A stretch of DNA of 64,000 nt from Gemmatimonadales bacterium (GTDB taxonomy: Bacteria > Gemmatimonadota > Gemmatimonadetes > Gemmatimonadales > GWC2-71-9): positions 34,814-98,813 of the forward strand of contig JBFGJG010000011.1 of the NCBI GenBank assembly GCA_041577295.1. The letters run 5' to 3'. The position numbers and the translations under genes were made by a program. Positions 18,529 to 27,843 of the stretch are shown one piece after another. Every line of letters begins with the position of its first letter. Positions within the stretch are counted from its first letter, which is position 1. Below the pieces are notes generated by a model that saw only the letters and a program-made list of their open reading frames with translations, was not told the DNA's origin and searched no databases.

Positions 18529-19670
18529 GACGCCTCACGCTGTGCCTCATCCTCCTGGCAACGACTGCCAGCGTTGCCAGTGCCCAAGTGGGGTCGTACG
18601 GGCGGACCGCCGTCATCTTCGAGCGCTACGTGTTCGATGACGGTTTGACCCTGGGTAATGCGGATCTTACAGCAATCTCCGAGCTGACGATTCCCGTAGG
18701 TGTCACGATCCCCATGGGTCGTTTCGTCGACTTGGCGATCTCGAGCGGATTTGCACGGGTCCAGCTCGAGCGTATGGGCGCGGGTGATCAGACCATCACC
18801 GGCGCGCTCGACACCGAAGCCCGACTAAGCTGGCAAGCGATACCCGGCAATCTCATCGTGTTCGTCTCGGGAGCCATTCCTACGGGCATCGAGACGGTGC
18901 GGCAGGAGGAGCTCGGTGCACTGAGCCTCCTCGCGAGCGACATCGTGGGCTTCTCCTCTGCCACGCTCGGGACGGGCGGCAACGTCGGCGGCGGTTTCGC
19001 GGGAGCGATCCCTGTTGGCACGTGGGCGATTGGATTGGGCGGCACATTCCGGGAGCCGTTGGCGTACTCCCCGGTTGCCGGTCAGGATGGCGATTTGAAG
19101 CCGGGGCGAGAGCTTCGCCTGCGCACCGGCGCTGAAGGTCCCCTCGGAGTGCGCACCTATCTCCGCGTTGCCGGTATCGTCGCCCTGCGGGCAAAGGATG
19201 AGTTGGCCAGCACAACGGCAAACGGCGTTGGCAATCGGTACATGGGGTACGTCTCGTTGGATCAGAGCGTCGCGAACGCCTCGTTGACGTTTTACGTCTA
19301 CGACGTCTATCGCTCCAATCCACGCGTGGAAGAGACCGCTGTGGGAACGGGTGTACTGCCTCGCAGTAACTTGTTGGCGGGTGGTGCGCGCGTCTCCATC
19401 CCGGTAGGCCCTCGCACCGGTTTGGTACCGCGAATCGAATTCCGCAACTCATGGGCGGCACCGAGTGAGATGAACACCAGGCTACGAACGGCAGGGCGGT
19501 CGCTGCGCTTTGGGGCCGATTGGCGGCAGGGTGTCCACGATCACTTTGCCATCGTGATTCAGGGTGAGGGAGTGGTTGGATTCGTGCGTCAGATCGGAGA
19601 CCAGCAACTCGGCAGCCGGGTGGATCTTCGCGGATTCCGCGCCGCTCTTCACTTCGAGATCACCCGTTAG
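18525..19670 (+). CDS. outer-membrane beta-barrel protein (hypothetical)
   Basis: Signal peptide MRRLTLCLILLATTASVASAQ. Amphipathic beta-strand pattern throughout. ATGA overlap with the preceding lipoprotein gene. Confidence 0.7.
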   Translation: MRRLTLCLILLATTASVASAQVGSYGRTAVIFERYVFDDGLTLGNADLTAISELTIPVGVTIPMGRFVDLAISSGFARVQLERMGAGDQTITGALDTEARLSWQAIPGNLIVFVSGAIPTGIETVRQEELGALSLLASDIVGFSSATLGTGGNVGGGFAGAIPVGTWAIGLGGTFREPLAYSPVAGQDGDLKPGRELRLRTGAEGPLGVRTYLRVAGIVALRAKDELASTTANGVGNRYMGYVSLDQSVANASLTFYVYDVYRSNPRVEETAVGTGVLPRSNLLAGGARVSIPVGPRTGLVPRIEFRNSWAAPSEMNTRLRTAGRSLRFGADWRQGVHDHFAIVIQGEGVVGFVRQIGDQQLGSRVDLRGFRAALHFEITR

Positions 19671-19697
19671 TCACGCATCTGCTCATCTGAAGGTCGA

Positions 19698-19731
19698 GGG
19701 CCCGGCGCAAACGCCGGGCCCTTGGTATTCT
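19698..19731 (+). terminator. intrinsic terminator
   Basis: GGGCCCGGCG-caaa-CGCCGGGCCC forms a 10-bp stem, followed by TTGGTATTCTT, 28 nt after the stop at 19670. Confidence 0.6.
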
Positions 19732-19770
19732 TGACGCCTACCACGCATCCCTAGGGAGGGACGCGAGACA

Positions 19771-20751
19771 ATGCTGCACGTGACGAACGGAGACGTGGTT
19801 GTCCATCACATCCGCGCAGCGGGTTTGCCAGGTCAGGTCGTTCCCTGGCGAGACGTGCTTCACGAGGGTCCCGTTCCGAGCGGCCTCTCGTGGCAGGAGC
19901 TGCGGGAGGTGCGCGCGCGTTTTATTGCGGCGCAGGGGTGGGGCGACTATGCGACCGCGATGCGTTACTTCGAGGAGCGCGACGCAGCCCTCGCAACGTC
20001 GACGATGCAAAACGAGGTCGTCCTCTGGTTCGAGCACGACCTGTACGACCAGCTGCAGCTGATCCAGGTGCTTGCGTTCTGCGAAAACACGAAGGCGAAT
20101 GCAGAGAATCTTCGAGCGGTGGTCGTTGGCGAGTATCTGGGACAATTGCCCCCGGAGTGGTTCGCAGAGCGATTCCCTCGGCGCCAGGCGATTACTGCGG
20201 CCGAGCTTTCGCTTGCGGCCCGAGCTTGGGCGGCCTTCCGGTCCCCCGATCCCACCGCCATCACGACATTCCTCGAGAGCGATCATCGGCGGCTCCCCTA
20301 CCTCGGGGACGCATTCTACCGGCATCTCCAGGAGTTTCCCGATGACGCGGGGCTAGGCCGCACCGAGCGCCAGATCGTCGAAATCGTGTCCGATGGCGGC
20401 GTACGTTTGTCGGATGCGTTTCGAGCGAATCAGGAACGGGAATCTGCGGTATTTCTCGGCGATGCGGTGTTCGCGATCGTTCTCGAGCGGCTGAGCGGGA
20501 CCTCACATCCACTCATTCGGCTCGAAAGCGGCAAACCGATACGGGCCCCGCGGTCGCTCGATCCTGACCCCAGTTTTTGGAAACAACGTGCCGTCGTAAC
20601 CGACTTGGGCAGGGCCACGCTCGAAGGGGGTCATGACTGGATAGGGCTTGCCGGGATCAATCGATGGCTCGGGGGGGTGCATCTCCGAGGGCACGAGGTT
20701 CAGTGGCGGTGGGACGAAGGTAAACGCACCCTCGTCTCCCTCACGCAGTGA
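19771..20751 (+). CDS. DUF1835 (+DUF3658-like) domain protein
   Basis: N-terminus MLHVTNGDVVVHHIRAAGLPGQVVPWRDVLHEGPVP is the DUF1835 signature as I recall it. Function unknown. Confidence 0.7.
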   Translation: MLHVTNGDVVVHHIRAAGLPGQVVPWRDVLHEGPVPSGLSWQELREVRARFIAAQGWGDYATAMRYFEERDAALATSTMQNEVVLWFEHDLYDQLQLIQVLAFCENTKANAENLRAVVVGEYLGQLPPEWFAERFPRRQAITAAELSLAARAWAAFRSPDPTAITTFLESDHRRLPYLGDAFYRHLQEFPDDAGLGRTERQIVEIVSDGGVRLSDAFRANQERESAVFLGDAVFAIVLERLSGTSHPLIRLESGKPIRAPRSLDPDPSFWKQRAVVTDLGRATLEGGHDWIGLAGINRWLGGVHLRGHEVQWRWDEGKRTLVSLTQ

Positions 20752-20765
20752 AGCCTTCCTAACCC

Positions 20766-21740
20766 TCACTCAGTCATGCCGGCCTGTTGTCTCACGTATT
20801 CGGCTGCCTGCCGGTGCGTGGCGAACCAGACTCCGCTCTTCGATCGCATGTGTTCGATGAGACGCTCCAGAATGACGATGCGGGATCGGTGACCGATATA
20901 ATGGGGATGCATCGTCAGGAGGAACATCGTTCCTTCTTCGTACGCGCGGTCGAACTCATCGATGTAGACTTGCAGCACCTCCCGGGGTGAGCTGTATCGA
21001 TCGCCGCGCGGGTTGAGAAGAGGCGCGTCATCGAGGATCCAATCCACCGGTAACTCCACGAGCCCCGTTGGTTCTCCGTTCGCCACGATTTCGTATGGCC
21101 GATCGTCCGCCATGAGCGAGCTTTCGTATAGGAATCCGAGCTCGCGAACGATTCCTAACGTGTGCGGGCTAAAGTTCCACGATGGGGCGCGGTAGCCCAC
21201 CGGTCGATACCCGGTCAGGTTCGTCAGCTCCTCGATCGCGCGCACCAACAGCTCTCGCTCACGCTCCGCAGTGAGCGACGTGTTCATCTCGTGAATCCAG
21301 CCATGAACACCGAACTCGTGATGACCAGCACGCTTGATGGCGTCCACCATCTCGGGATGGAGCCTGAGACTGATGGCGGGAATGAAAAAGGATGCCGGAA
21401 TGCTGTCGCGGTCGAGTACGTCGAGGACGCGTCCTAGCCCGACACGCGCCCCATATTCACCCTGTGACAACGTGCCGATAGTTGGTTCCCCAAATCGCAG
21501 AAACACCGTCTCGTTGTCCACGTCAAACGAGAGTAGCACGGCGACACGAGCGCCTCCAGGCCAGCCTTCCGGCTGTAATGAACGTCCTGCGCGGACTTCG
21601 CTCACCGTGGAAAAGATGCGCTCTTCGGTCCACTCCCATCCCGGAACGACCGCTTCACGCTCAGGGGCGGTACGGCAGGTAGTGAAGACCACCACGCTCA
21701 CCACCACTACGAGAGCGGGAACCCTGCGTCGCGTCACCAT
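20766..21740 (-). CDS. polysaccharide deacetylase (NodB-homology) family protein, secreted
   Basis: Signal/anchor VPALVVVVSVVVFTTC. NodB motifs FDVD and HGWIH are present. Confidence 0.82.
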   Translation of the reverse strand: MVTRRRVPALVVVVSVVVFTTCRTAPEREAVVPGWEWTEERIFSTVSEVRAGRSLQPEGWPGGARVAVLLSFDVDNETVFLRFGEPTIGTLSQGEYGARVGLGRVLDVLDRDSIPASFFIPAISLRLHPEMVDAIKRAGHHEFGVHGWIHEMNTSLTAERERELLVRAIEELTNLTGYRPVGYRAPSWNFSPHTLGIVRELGFLYESSLMADDRPYEIVANGEPTGLVELPVDWILDDAPLLNPRGDRYSSPREVLQVYIDEFDRAYEEGTMFLLTMHPHYIGHRSRIVILERLIEHMRSKSGVWFATHRQAAEYVRQQAGMTE

Positions 21741-21756
21741 CGTGTTCTCCGGTGTG

Positions 21757-22761
21757 TCATGACTTCGAAAGGAGGTAATGGGCTACGAGCCACTCAAGTC
21801 CCTGTTCGTATCCAAACAGCTCTTCACATGCGAGAAAAAAGAGCCGCCATCGGTGAAACCAACGCGTGCTGTCTGTCCCATAGGTTTTTTCCAGGATGGG
21901 GAGTGCTGCATCCCGGTGCGTCTCGAGGTTGCTGCGCCACGCAGCTGCCGTACGCGCGTAATGCGTTCCGTTGACCAGCCAGCGTTGCTCGAGTGCAAAC
22001 TCATCTGCAAACGACAACAGCAGGTCAGCGGATGGCATGATACCACCGGTAAAAAAGTGACGACCCATCCAGTTTGCGGCACCATTCGTTTCGAATGCGT
22101 AGGCAAAGCGTCGGTGACAGAAGATGTGGATAAAGAGCTTTCCGTCAGGTCGGAGCCAGCTGGCGATTTGCCGAAGCAGTACGCGGTAGTTCCGCATGTG
22201 TTCGAACATCTCGATACTCACCACGCGATCGAACCGCTCGGGGGTGTCGAACGTGTTCATGTCGGCCGTGATGACAGTGACGTTCGAGGGTGCACGGCTT
22301 TCGAGAAAACGACGTTGCGGAACGGAGTTGGAGACCGACACGATCCGGCTGTTGGGAAAACGTCGGGCCACGTAGAGGGAAAGCGATCCCCAACCACAGC
22401 CGAGATCGAGGATAGTTTGCCCGTCCTCAATTCGAGCCCGCTGGCACGTTTCCGCCAGCATTCGCTCCTCGGCCCCGACGAGCTCACGAGTGCCGTTGGA
22501 CCAAAGGGCACTGCTGTACTTCATATGCGGCCCGAGAACGAGCTGAAAGAACGCCGGCGGTACCTCGTAATGTTGCTCGTTGGCTTTCTCCGGAACGTAC
22601 GCGATGGGCGCGGCGTCCATGGCTTCCCGCAACACGGCCTCGTTATCATGAGCTCGTTGCTCATTGAGGCGCGCCACGAGGAGACGTCGGATTCCCCATC
22701 GCACCCAGGTCAGCGGTACGAGCCCGCGTTCCGCCAAGCTCAGCCCGATCTGAAACATCAT
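21757..22761 (-). CDS. cyclopropane-fatty-acyl-phospholipid-synthase-family SAM methyltransferase (second paralogue)
   Basis: ILDLGCGWGSL SAM motif and a CMAS-family C-terminal pattern (FFLACEELF). ATGA overlap with the upstream paralogue. Confidence 0.85.
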   Translation of the reverse strand: MMFQIGLSLAERGLVPLTWVRWGIRRLLVARLNEQRAHDNEAVLREAMDAAPIAYVPEKANEQHYEVPPAFFQLVLGPHMKYSSALWSNGTRELVGAEERMLAETCQRARIEDGQTILDLGCGWGSLSLYVARRFPNSRIVSVSNSVPQRRFLESRAPSNVTVITADMNTFDTPERFDRVVSIEMFEHMRNYRVLLRQIASWLRPDGKLFIHIFCHRRFAYAFETNGAANWMGRHFFTGGIMPSADLLLSFADEFALEQRWLVNGTHYARTAAAWRSNLETHRDAALPILEKTYGTDSTRWFHRWRLFFLACEELFGYEQGLEWLVAHYLLSKS

Positions 22762-23963
22762 GTGGCGGCCATGGCCGAGCGCTTGTCACGCCCAAAGGCG
22801 AGCTGCACATCACCGAGAAAACGTTCGCGGAATCCTCCCTCGCAGTAGGCGAAGTAGAACTCCCACAGCCGGCGAAACTCTTCGGAAAATCCGAGCGCGC
22901 TGACCCGTTCCCAGCGTGCGACGAAGTTTTCTCGCCAGCGACGGAGCGTTTCGGCGTAGTGGCTGGTGATGTCTTCGTGGTGTACCAGGACGAGACCGGC
23001 ACGAGCTGCCGCTGTCCGGAGTCGCTCGAGTGAGGGGATGCACGATCCGGGAAAGATGTAACGCTTGATGAAGTCTATTTCGCGGCGGGCTCGGTTGTAA
23101 TGTTCGTCGGGGATGGTGATGGATTGGAGTCCCATTCTCCCACCCGGCGCCAGCAACGCAGCGCACTTCTGGAAGAATTGGTGCAGGTATTCGTGACCGA
23201 CCGCCTCGACCATCTCGATCGATACGAGCTTTGTGAAGGATCCACGCAGGTCGCGATAATCCCGATCGAGCACGGTCACTCGATTCCCCAGAGCCGCCTG
23301 TGCCACTCGGCCCTGGGCATGCCGATACTGCTCGCGGGAAATGGTGGTAGTGGTGACACGACAGCCGTAACGCTCCGCGGCGTGCAGGGCGAACCCACCC
23401 CAGCCAGTCCCAATCTCGATCACGTGATCCCGTGCGCTGAGCTCGAGTTTGTGACATAAGCGGTCGTACTTGGCGATCGACGCGTCATACAACGTGCTTT
23501 CGGGACGCTCGAAGATGCCGCACGAGTACGTGAGTGACTCGTCGAGGAACGTACTGAAGAAGTCATTCCCTAGATCGTAATGTGCGTGAATGTTGCGGCG
23601 GCTTCCGGTCCGCGTGTTCCGCCGCAGCGCATGCCATGCGCGGTGCAGCACCCCCAGGAGGTTACCGCCTCCGGACTCCAATCCATCCAGCACCGAACGA
23701 TTGCGAACCATGAGCTGCGCGAGGGACGGCAGGTCGTCGGTTTCCCACCAGCCATCGAGGTACGCTTCGACCGCTCCGAGATGTCCACCGAGAGCAATGA
23801 CGCGGTAGAACCGTTGGTCGTGTACCCGCAATCTCACGTGGGGTGCGGTGCCATCGCCGTAGCGACGCTCGCCGCTGGGATCGACGATCGTCAGGTCGCC
23901 CCACTCGAGGTGTGAGAGCTGTCGGTGAACCGCTCGCGTCGTGAATCGATCAATCGCCGTCAT
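22758..23963 (-). CDS. cfa: cyclopropane-fatty-acyl-phospholipid synthase family methyltransferase
   Basis: Start trimmed to the ATG at 23963 (ATGA overlap with the DUF1365 stop). Motifs VIEIGTGWGGFA, HYDLGNDFF and YFAYCEGGF are the CMAS signature. Confidence 0.85.
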   Translation of the reverse strand: MTAIDRFTTRAVHRQLSHLEWGDLTIVDPSGERRYGDGTAPHVRLRVHDQRFYRVIALGGHLGAVEAYLDGWWETDDLPSLAQLMVRNRSVLDGLESGGGNLLGVLHRAWHALRRNTRTGSRRNIHAHYDLGNDFFSTFLDESLTYSCGIFERPESTLYDASIAKYDRLCHKLELSARDHVIEIGTGWGGFALHAAERYGCRVTTTTISREQYRHAQGRVAQAALGNRVTVLDRDYRDLRGSFTKLVSIEMVEAVGHEYLHQFFQKCAALLAPGGRMGLQSITIPDEHYNRARREIDFIKRYIFPGSCIPSLERLRTAAARAGLVLVHHEDITSHYAETLRRWRENFVARWERVSALGFSEEFRRLWEFYFAYCEGGFRERFLGDVQLAFGRDKRSAMAAT

Positions 23964-24724
23964 GAGACTGACCGCTTGGCCGGGTGCGTATGAAACGGCG
24001 TCCGCTTGAGCCAGAGTCGGAAGGCCTGCCAGTAGATCCCAACGACCACAGTAGCCGTCATCCATGGGTGCCGTGCCAAAGCCCGGGAGAGGGTGCCGGC
24101 GCTGATCTCTTCACGACGCAGCGCCAGGCTCGCATCAAACAGCTTTTGCCCTCCCTCGGTGAAATTCTCCATGTGCACCACGAGCCGGCGTCCCGGGACG
24201 GAGAACTGCCAGCGGTAGTCGTGATTCATCGCCATAAAAGGGGAAACATGAAATTGTTTCTTGAGACAAAACGCTCGAGTTCTCGACTCTGATGACCCGT
24301 TTAGAGACCCCAAGACGTAGGTATGCCGCTCATTCCATGGGGTGTTGGTGATCTCGGCGAGAATCGCCTCGAGCCGAGTACCTGTGTCGTCAAAGCAGTA
24401 GTAAAAGGTCACCGGGTTCATCACGAGCCCGAAGTATCGCAGATGTGTGAGCATCCGAACCGGGCCCGTCGGACGAGTGCCGAGCGCCTGCGCGGCCCGG
24501 TCCCGCACGGCGTCCGCTAGCGGCAGTGCAGGATCGCCCAGATAATCCGCTCGGCGAAACCACCCAATGGCTGGCCGCCGGGCAGACCAGAGCCACCGTC
24601 CGTCAAAGACTCCAGGAATCTCGTCCAGATCGAGATACATCATGAACAGCGTATAGCGAAACGTGTGGGGCACAGGATGTATCCGCCGATGCCGCACGGT
24701 TCCTCGATAGACACAGCTGTTCAC
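23960..24724 (-). CDS. DUF1365 family protein
   Basis: The C.Y.G.V.H.R..P..H.F.Y motif sits at the N-terminus. Start set at the GTG at 24724, which overlaps the oxidase stop (GTGA). Confidence 0.8.
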   Translation of the reverse strand: MNSCVYRGTVRHRRIHPVPHTFRYTLFMMYLDLDEIPGVFDGRWLWSARRPAIGWFRRADYLGDPALPLADAVRDRAAQALGTRPTGPVRMLTHLRYFGLVMNPVTFYYCFDDTGTRLEAILAEITNTPWNERHTYVLGSLNGSSESRTRAFCLKKQFHVSPFMAMNHDYRWQFSVPGRRLVVHMENFTEGGQKLFDASLALRREEISAGTLSRALARHPWMTATVVVGIYWQAFRLWLKRTPFHTHPAKRSVS

Positions 24725-25950
24725 AAGCGCTCTCCGAATCGCTGGCAAACGGTCAGCGCGCTGTTCACACCATCTTCGTGGAAGCCGTATCCCCAATACG
24801 CACCGCAAAAATGCGTACGATCCACACCACTGATGTCTCCATGCCGGCGCTGCGCCGCCACCCCCTCCCGCGTGTAGACCGGATGGTCATACCGCAGACG
24901 ACGGATCACGCGTGCTGGAGCGATATCGTTTTCGGAGTTGAGCGACACGCAGAATGTGGTATCCGCCGGGAGGGACTGCAGAATGTTCATGTTGTAGGTC
25001 ACCGTCGCCGGGTCGGTCTCCGCGCCCCCATAGCGATAGTTCCACGCGGCCCATGCCCGGCGCCTTCTCGGAAGGTGTGTCACATCCGTGTGCAGCGTGA
25101 CAACGTTCGGCTGATACGGCAATGCACCCAGGACGGCCCGCTCGAGCGGCGTGGGGTTCCCCAAGATCGCGAGCGCCTGGTCACTGTGGCACGCAAAAAT
25201 CACATGGTCGAAGGGTTGGCCATCGACCAGGACGTGATCGTCCTTGCGTACAACACGATTGACCGGGTGATTCAGCCGAATGCGGTCTCGGAACGGTGCT
25301 ATCAACGCGTGGACGTAGCGCGCGGAGCCGCCTTGAATCGTCCGCCACATAGGGCGCCCGGCGACCTGCAGCATGCCGTGGTTCTGAAAGAATCTGACGA
25401 AGAAATCCAATGGCATTGCCATCACGCGATCGCGGGGTTGTGACCAGATGGCCGATCCCATGGGAACGATATAGCGATCGATAAATGCGCGGGAATAGCG
25501 TTCCGCTTCGAGAAACGCACCTAGCGTCATGCCCGTCGCACCGTTGGAGAGTGTCGCTGGCGCACGTCGATTGAATCGCACGACATCGACCAGCATCCGC
25601 ATGAATGAGGGGCTGACCAGGTTCCGTCGCTGGACAAAGAGTTGGCGCAACGTCGAGCCGTTGTACTCGAGGCCGGTGCGGTCGCAGCGAACGCTAAAGC
25701 TCATCGTGCTCGGCTGCGTTGGAACGTTTAGTTCCCGTAGAAGACGAACAAAGTTTGGGTAGTTCCTCTCGTTATAGACGATGAAACCCGTGTCGACCGG
25801 CCAGGTCCCTGCGTCGGCGTCAACCGGAATCGTGTGCGTATGACCGCCCACGTAATCGTTGGATTCAAATAGGGTGATTTCGTGCGTCCGGGTAAGGAGA
25901 TGCGCGCATACCAGACCCGAGATCCCACCACCGACGATGGCTATGCGCAC
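24721..25950 (-). CDS. FAD-dependent oxidoreductase (flavin amine-oxidase / phytoene-desaturase-like)
   Basis: (V)RIAIVGGGISGL dinucleotide-binding motif and an amine-oxidase-like body. GTG start lies 1 nt after the desaturase stop. Confidence 0.85.
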   Translation of the reverse strand: MRIAIVGGGISGLVCAHLLTRTHEITLFESNDYVGGHTHTIPVDADAGTWPVDTGFIVYNERNYPNFVRLLRELNVPTQPSTMSFSVRCDRTGLEYNGSTLRQLFVQRRNLVSPSFMRMLVDVVRFNRRAPATLSNGATGMTLGAFLEAERYSRAFIDRYIVPMGSAIWSQPRDRVMAMPLDFFVRFFQNHGMLQVAGRPMWRTIQGGSARYVHALIAPFRDRIRLNHPVNRVVRKDDHVLVDGQPFDHVIFACHSDQALAILGNPTPLERAVLGALPYQPNVVTLHTDVTHLPRRRRAWAAWNYRYGGAETDPATVTYNMNILQSLPADTTFCVSLNSENDIAPARVIRRLRYDHPVYTREGVAAQRRHGDISGVDRTHFCGAYWGYGFHEDGVNSALTVCQRFGERL

Positions 25951-25951
25951 G

Positions 25952-26830
25952 TCAGCCGGCGCGGAGCAGACGGTCCGGTACCGGTCGCAAGTCGCTTACG
26001 ACGCCGAGCCCCTCGAGCAAACGGAGGCCGTAGTAGGTCAAGTCGATTTCCCACCAGAAGAAACCCTGGCGAGCCGAGCCAGGGTACTTGTGGTGGTTGT
26101 TGTGCCACCCCTCACCGAAGGTGATCAGAGCTAGCAGCAGGTTGTTGCGGCTCTCGTCGGCAGTAGCGAAGCGGCGATCACCCAACGTGTGGGCGAGCGA
26201 GTTTATCAGGCAGGTTGCGTGAAACAGTACCACAGTACTGATAAAGAATCCCCAGATCAGCAACTGCCACCCGCCGGCGAGAAACAGTCCGACTGCCAGT
26301 AGTACCGGCACCAGCACATCGAAGCGGTCCAGGAAGCGAAGCTCTGGATACGTCGCCAGGTCGGGCACCGCGCTCAGGTCGGTGGGAAAGTTCTCTCGCG
26401 AAGTGATCCATCCCATATGGCTCCACAGGAAGCCATGATGCTTTGGTGAGTGGACGTCAGACTCCGTATCCGAGTGCCGGTGGTGCCGGCGATGGTGAGC
26501 GGCCCACCACAGCGGCCCCCGTTGCGCTGCACTGTTCCCCAAGACGGCGAAGACGAACTGCCAAAACCTCGTCGTCCGAAAGGCCCGGTGTGAGAAGTAG
26601 CGGTGGTAAAACCCGGTAATGGCAAACATCCGAACCACATAAAGGCCCGCCGCGACGCCGACAGCGGTCCAACTCCAACCCACCAAGACCACGCCCAAGC
26701 AGGCGACATGCACCGCCACAAATGGCACGACACGGGCCCAGTCAACACGCTTCCCGGGCTCCGTCACGGTAGGGTGGTTGGTGGTGTCGAACCACAGGCG
26801 GGCGGTCGCAACGATCTGCCGAAGTCTCAC
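25952..26830 (-). CDS. membrane acyl-CoA (Delta9-type) fatty-acid desaturase
   Basis: Three histidine boxes: HRYFSH, HRRHHRHSD and HNNHHKYP. TM helices are present. GTG start with GAGGTG 8 nt upstream. Confidence 0.9.
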   Translation of the reverse strand: MRLRQIVATARLWFDTTNHPTVTEPGKRVDWARVVPFVAVHVACLGVVLVGWSWTAVGVAAGLYVVRMFAITGFYHRYFSHRAFRTTRFWQFVFAVLGNSAAQRGPLWWAAHHRRHHRHSDTESDVHSPKHHGFLWSHMGWITSRENFPTDLSAVPDLATYPELRFLDRFDVLVPVLLAVGLFLAGGWQLLIWGFFISTVVLFHATCLINSLAHTLGDRRFATADESRNNLLLALITFGEGWHNNHHKYPGSARQGFFWWEIDLTYYGLRLLEGLGVVSDLRPVPDRLLRAG

Positions 26831-26915
26831 AGCGTATTCACCTCATTGAGCCAATGCCTTGGCGGGTGCCAAAGTCTCCGCCAGGTACCTGAGATGCAAG
26901 GGCCCCCGCCTCGAG

Positions 26916-26944
26916 AGGCTATCCCTCCGGACTAGGGTTGTCAA
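26916..26944 (-). promoter_or_regulatory. sigma70-like promoter with upstream A/T tract for the desaturase operon
   Basis: On the minus strand: TTGACA (26944-26939), 17-nt spacer, TAGCCT (26921-26916). It is preceded by GAATAAAATAACTCGATTTTTGC, an UP-element-like tract. Confidence 0.4.
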
Positions 26945-27005
26945 GCAAAAATCGAGTTATTTTATTCTCTACACGCTAGACAGACCTATGGGCGACCGGG
27001 GGAGG

Positions 27006-27722
27006 TCATGGCGCGGCTGGATGCACCACGTCGCCCATCAGCGCTTCGTGACCGATTCGATCCTTTAGCAGGTACACGCCGAGGTAGAAGAGCGGGGTGT
27101 CGAGCAACGCAAACGCCACCTTGAAAGCGTACGAGCTGAGCATCAGCGCGAGGAGCTTGCCGACGGAATCGACGTCCGGGCCAAGACCGGAGTACCAATA
27201 GAGGATCGAGAGAATCAGCATGGTGTCGATCAGCTGACTGAAGGTGGTCGAAGCGTTGTTGCGTAGCCAGAGATGTTTTCCGCGGGTCAGCCGTTTCCAA
27301 AAGTGGAATACCTGCACGTCAATAGACTGCGCAACGAGGTAGGCGATCATCGACGCTACCACGTTCGGCCGCATGTAGAAAAAGACGGTGTCGAATGTCG
27401 AGCTGGCACCGGAAACGCCCTGCGCGTCGGGCAGCACAAAGCCGAGCCACATGAGGCCGAGCATGAAGATGTTCATCGCGAAGCCGACGAAGACCAGCGA
27501 TTGGGCGCGCCGGCGTCCGTACAGCTCGCTGACGAGGTCAGTGGCGAGAAACGTGATGGGATATGCGAGCAGGCCGGCGGGTATGACGAAGAGACCGAGA
27601 TCGACGAACTTCGTGACGCCCACGACGTTCCCGAGTGTCAGCGAGGTCAAGAAGATCCCGGCCAACAGCGTATAGAGGACTTCGCGCCGGTGGTACTGGC
27701 CGCCAGCCAGGGTTGCGGTCAT
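27006..27722 (-). CDS. yhhQ: queuosine-precursor transporter family (YhhQ/DUF165, VUT family)
   Basis: LTLGNVVG.K......F..PAGLLAYPITFLATDLVSELYG is the YhhQ-family signature. Six TM segments. Confidence 0.82.
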   Translation of the reverse strand: MTATLAGGQYHRREVLYTLLAGIFLTSLTLGNVVGVTKFVDLGLFVIPAGLLAYPITFLATDLVSELYGRRRAQSLVFVGFAMNIFMLGLMWLGFVLPDAQGVSGASSTFDTVFFYMRPNVVASMIAYLVAQSIDVQVFHFWKRLTRGKHLWLRNNASTTFSQLIDTMLILSILYWYSGLGPDVDSVGKLLALMLSSYAFKVAFALLDTPLFYLGVYLLKDRIGHEALMGDVVHPAAP

Positions 27723-27843
27723 CGACGCGCAATGTCGTCAATCGTGATGCGCCGACACAAGTGGACGTTCCGAGCGTCAGTCAGCCGGGTCGAATCATGA
27801 TCCGGGTGTAGAGTTCTCACTCGACTGCATTGAAAGGATCATC

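Noticed and set aside
26850-26871. sigma54-like TGGCAC...GGCA element upstream of the desaturase gene (minus strand)
   Set aside because: The GG-to-GC spacing is 11 nt rather than the invariant 10. The -12 region reads AAGGCA, not TTGCA. No enhancer-binding protein gene is nearby. A sigma70-type promoter with a perfect TTGACA lies just upstream.
27723-27843. preQ1 riboswitch expected upstream of the YhhQ-type queuosine-precursor transporter
   Set aside because: Reading the minus strand, I could not find the short preQ1-I hairpin plus A-rich tail consensus, only short direct repeats (CCGGGT). It cannot be excluded without a covariance-model scan.
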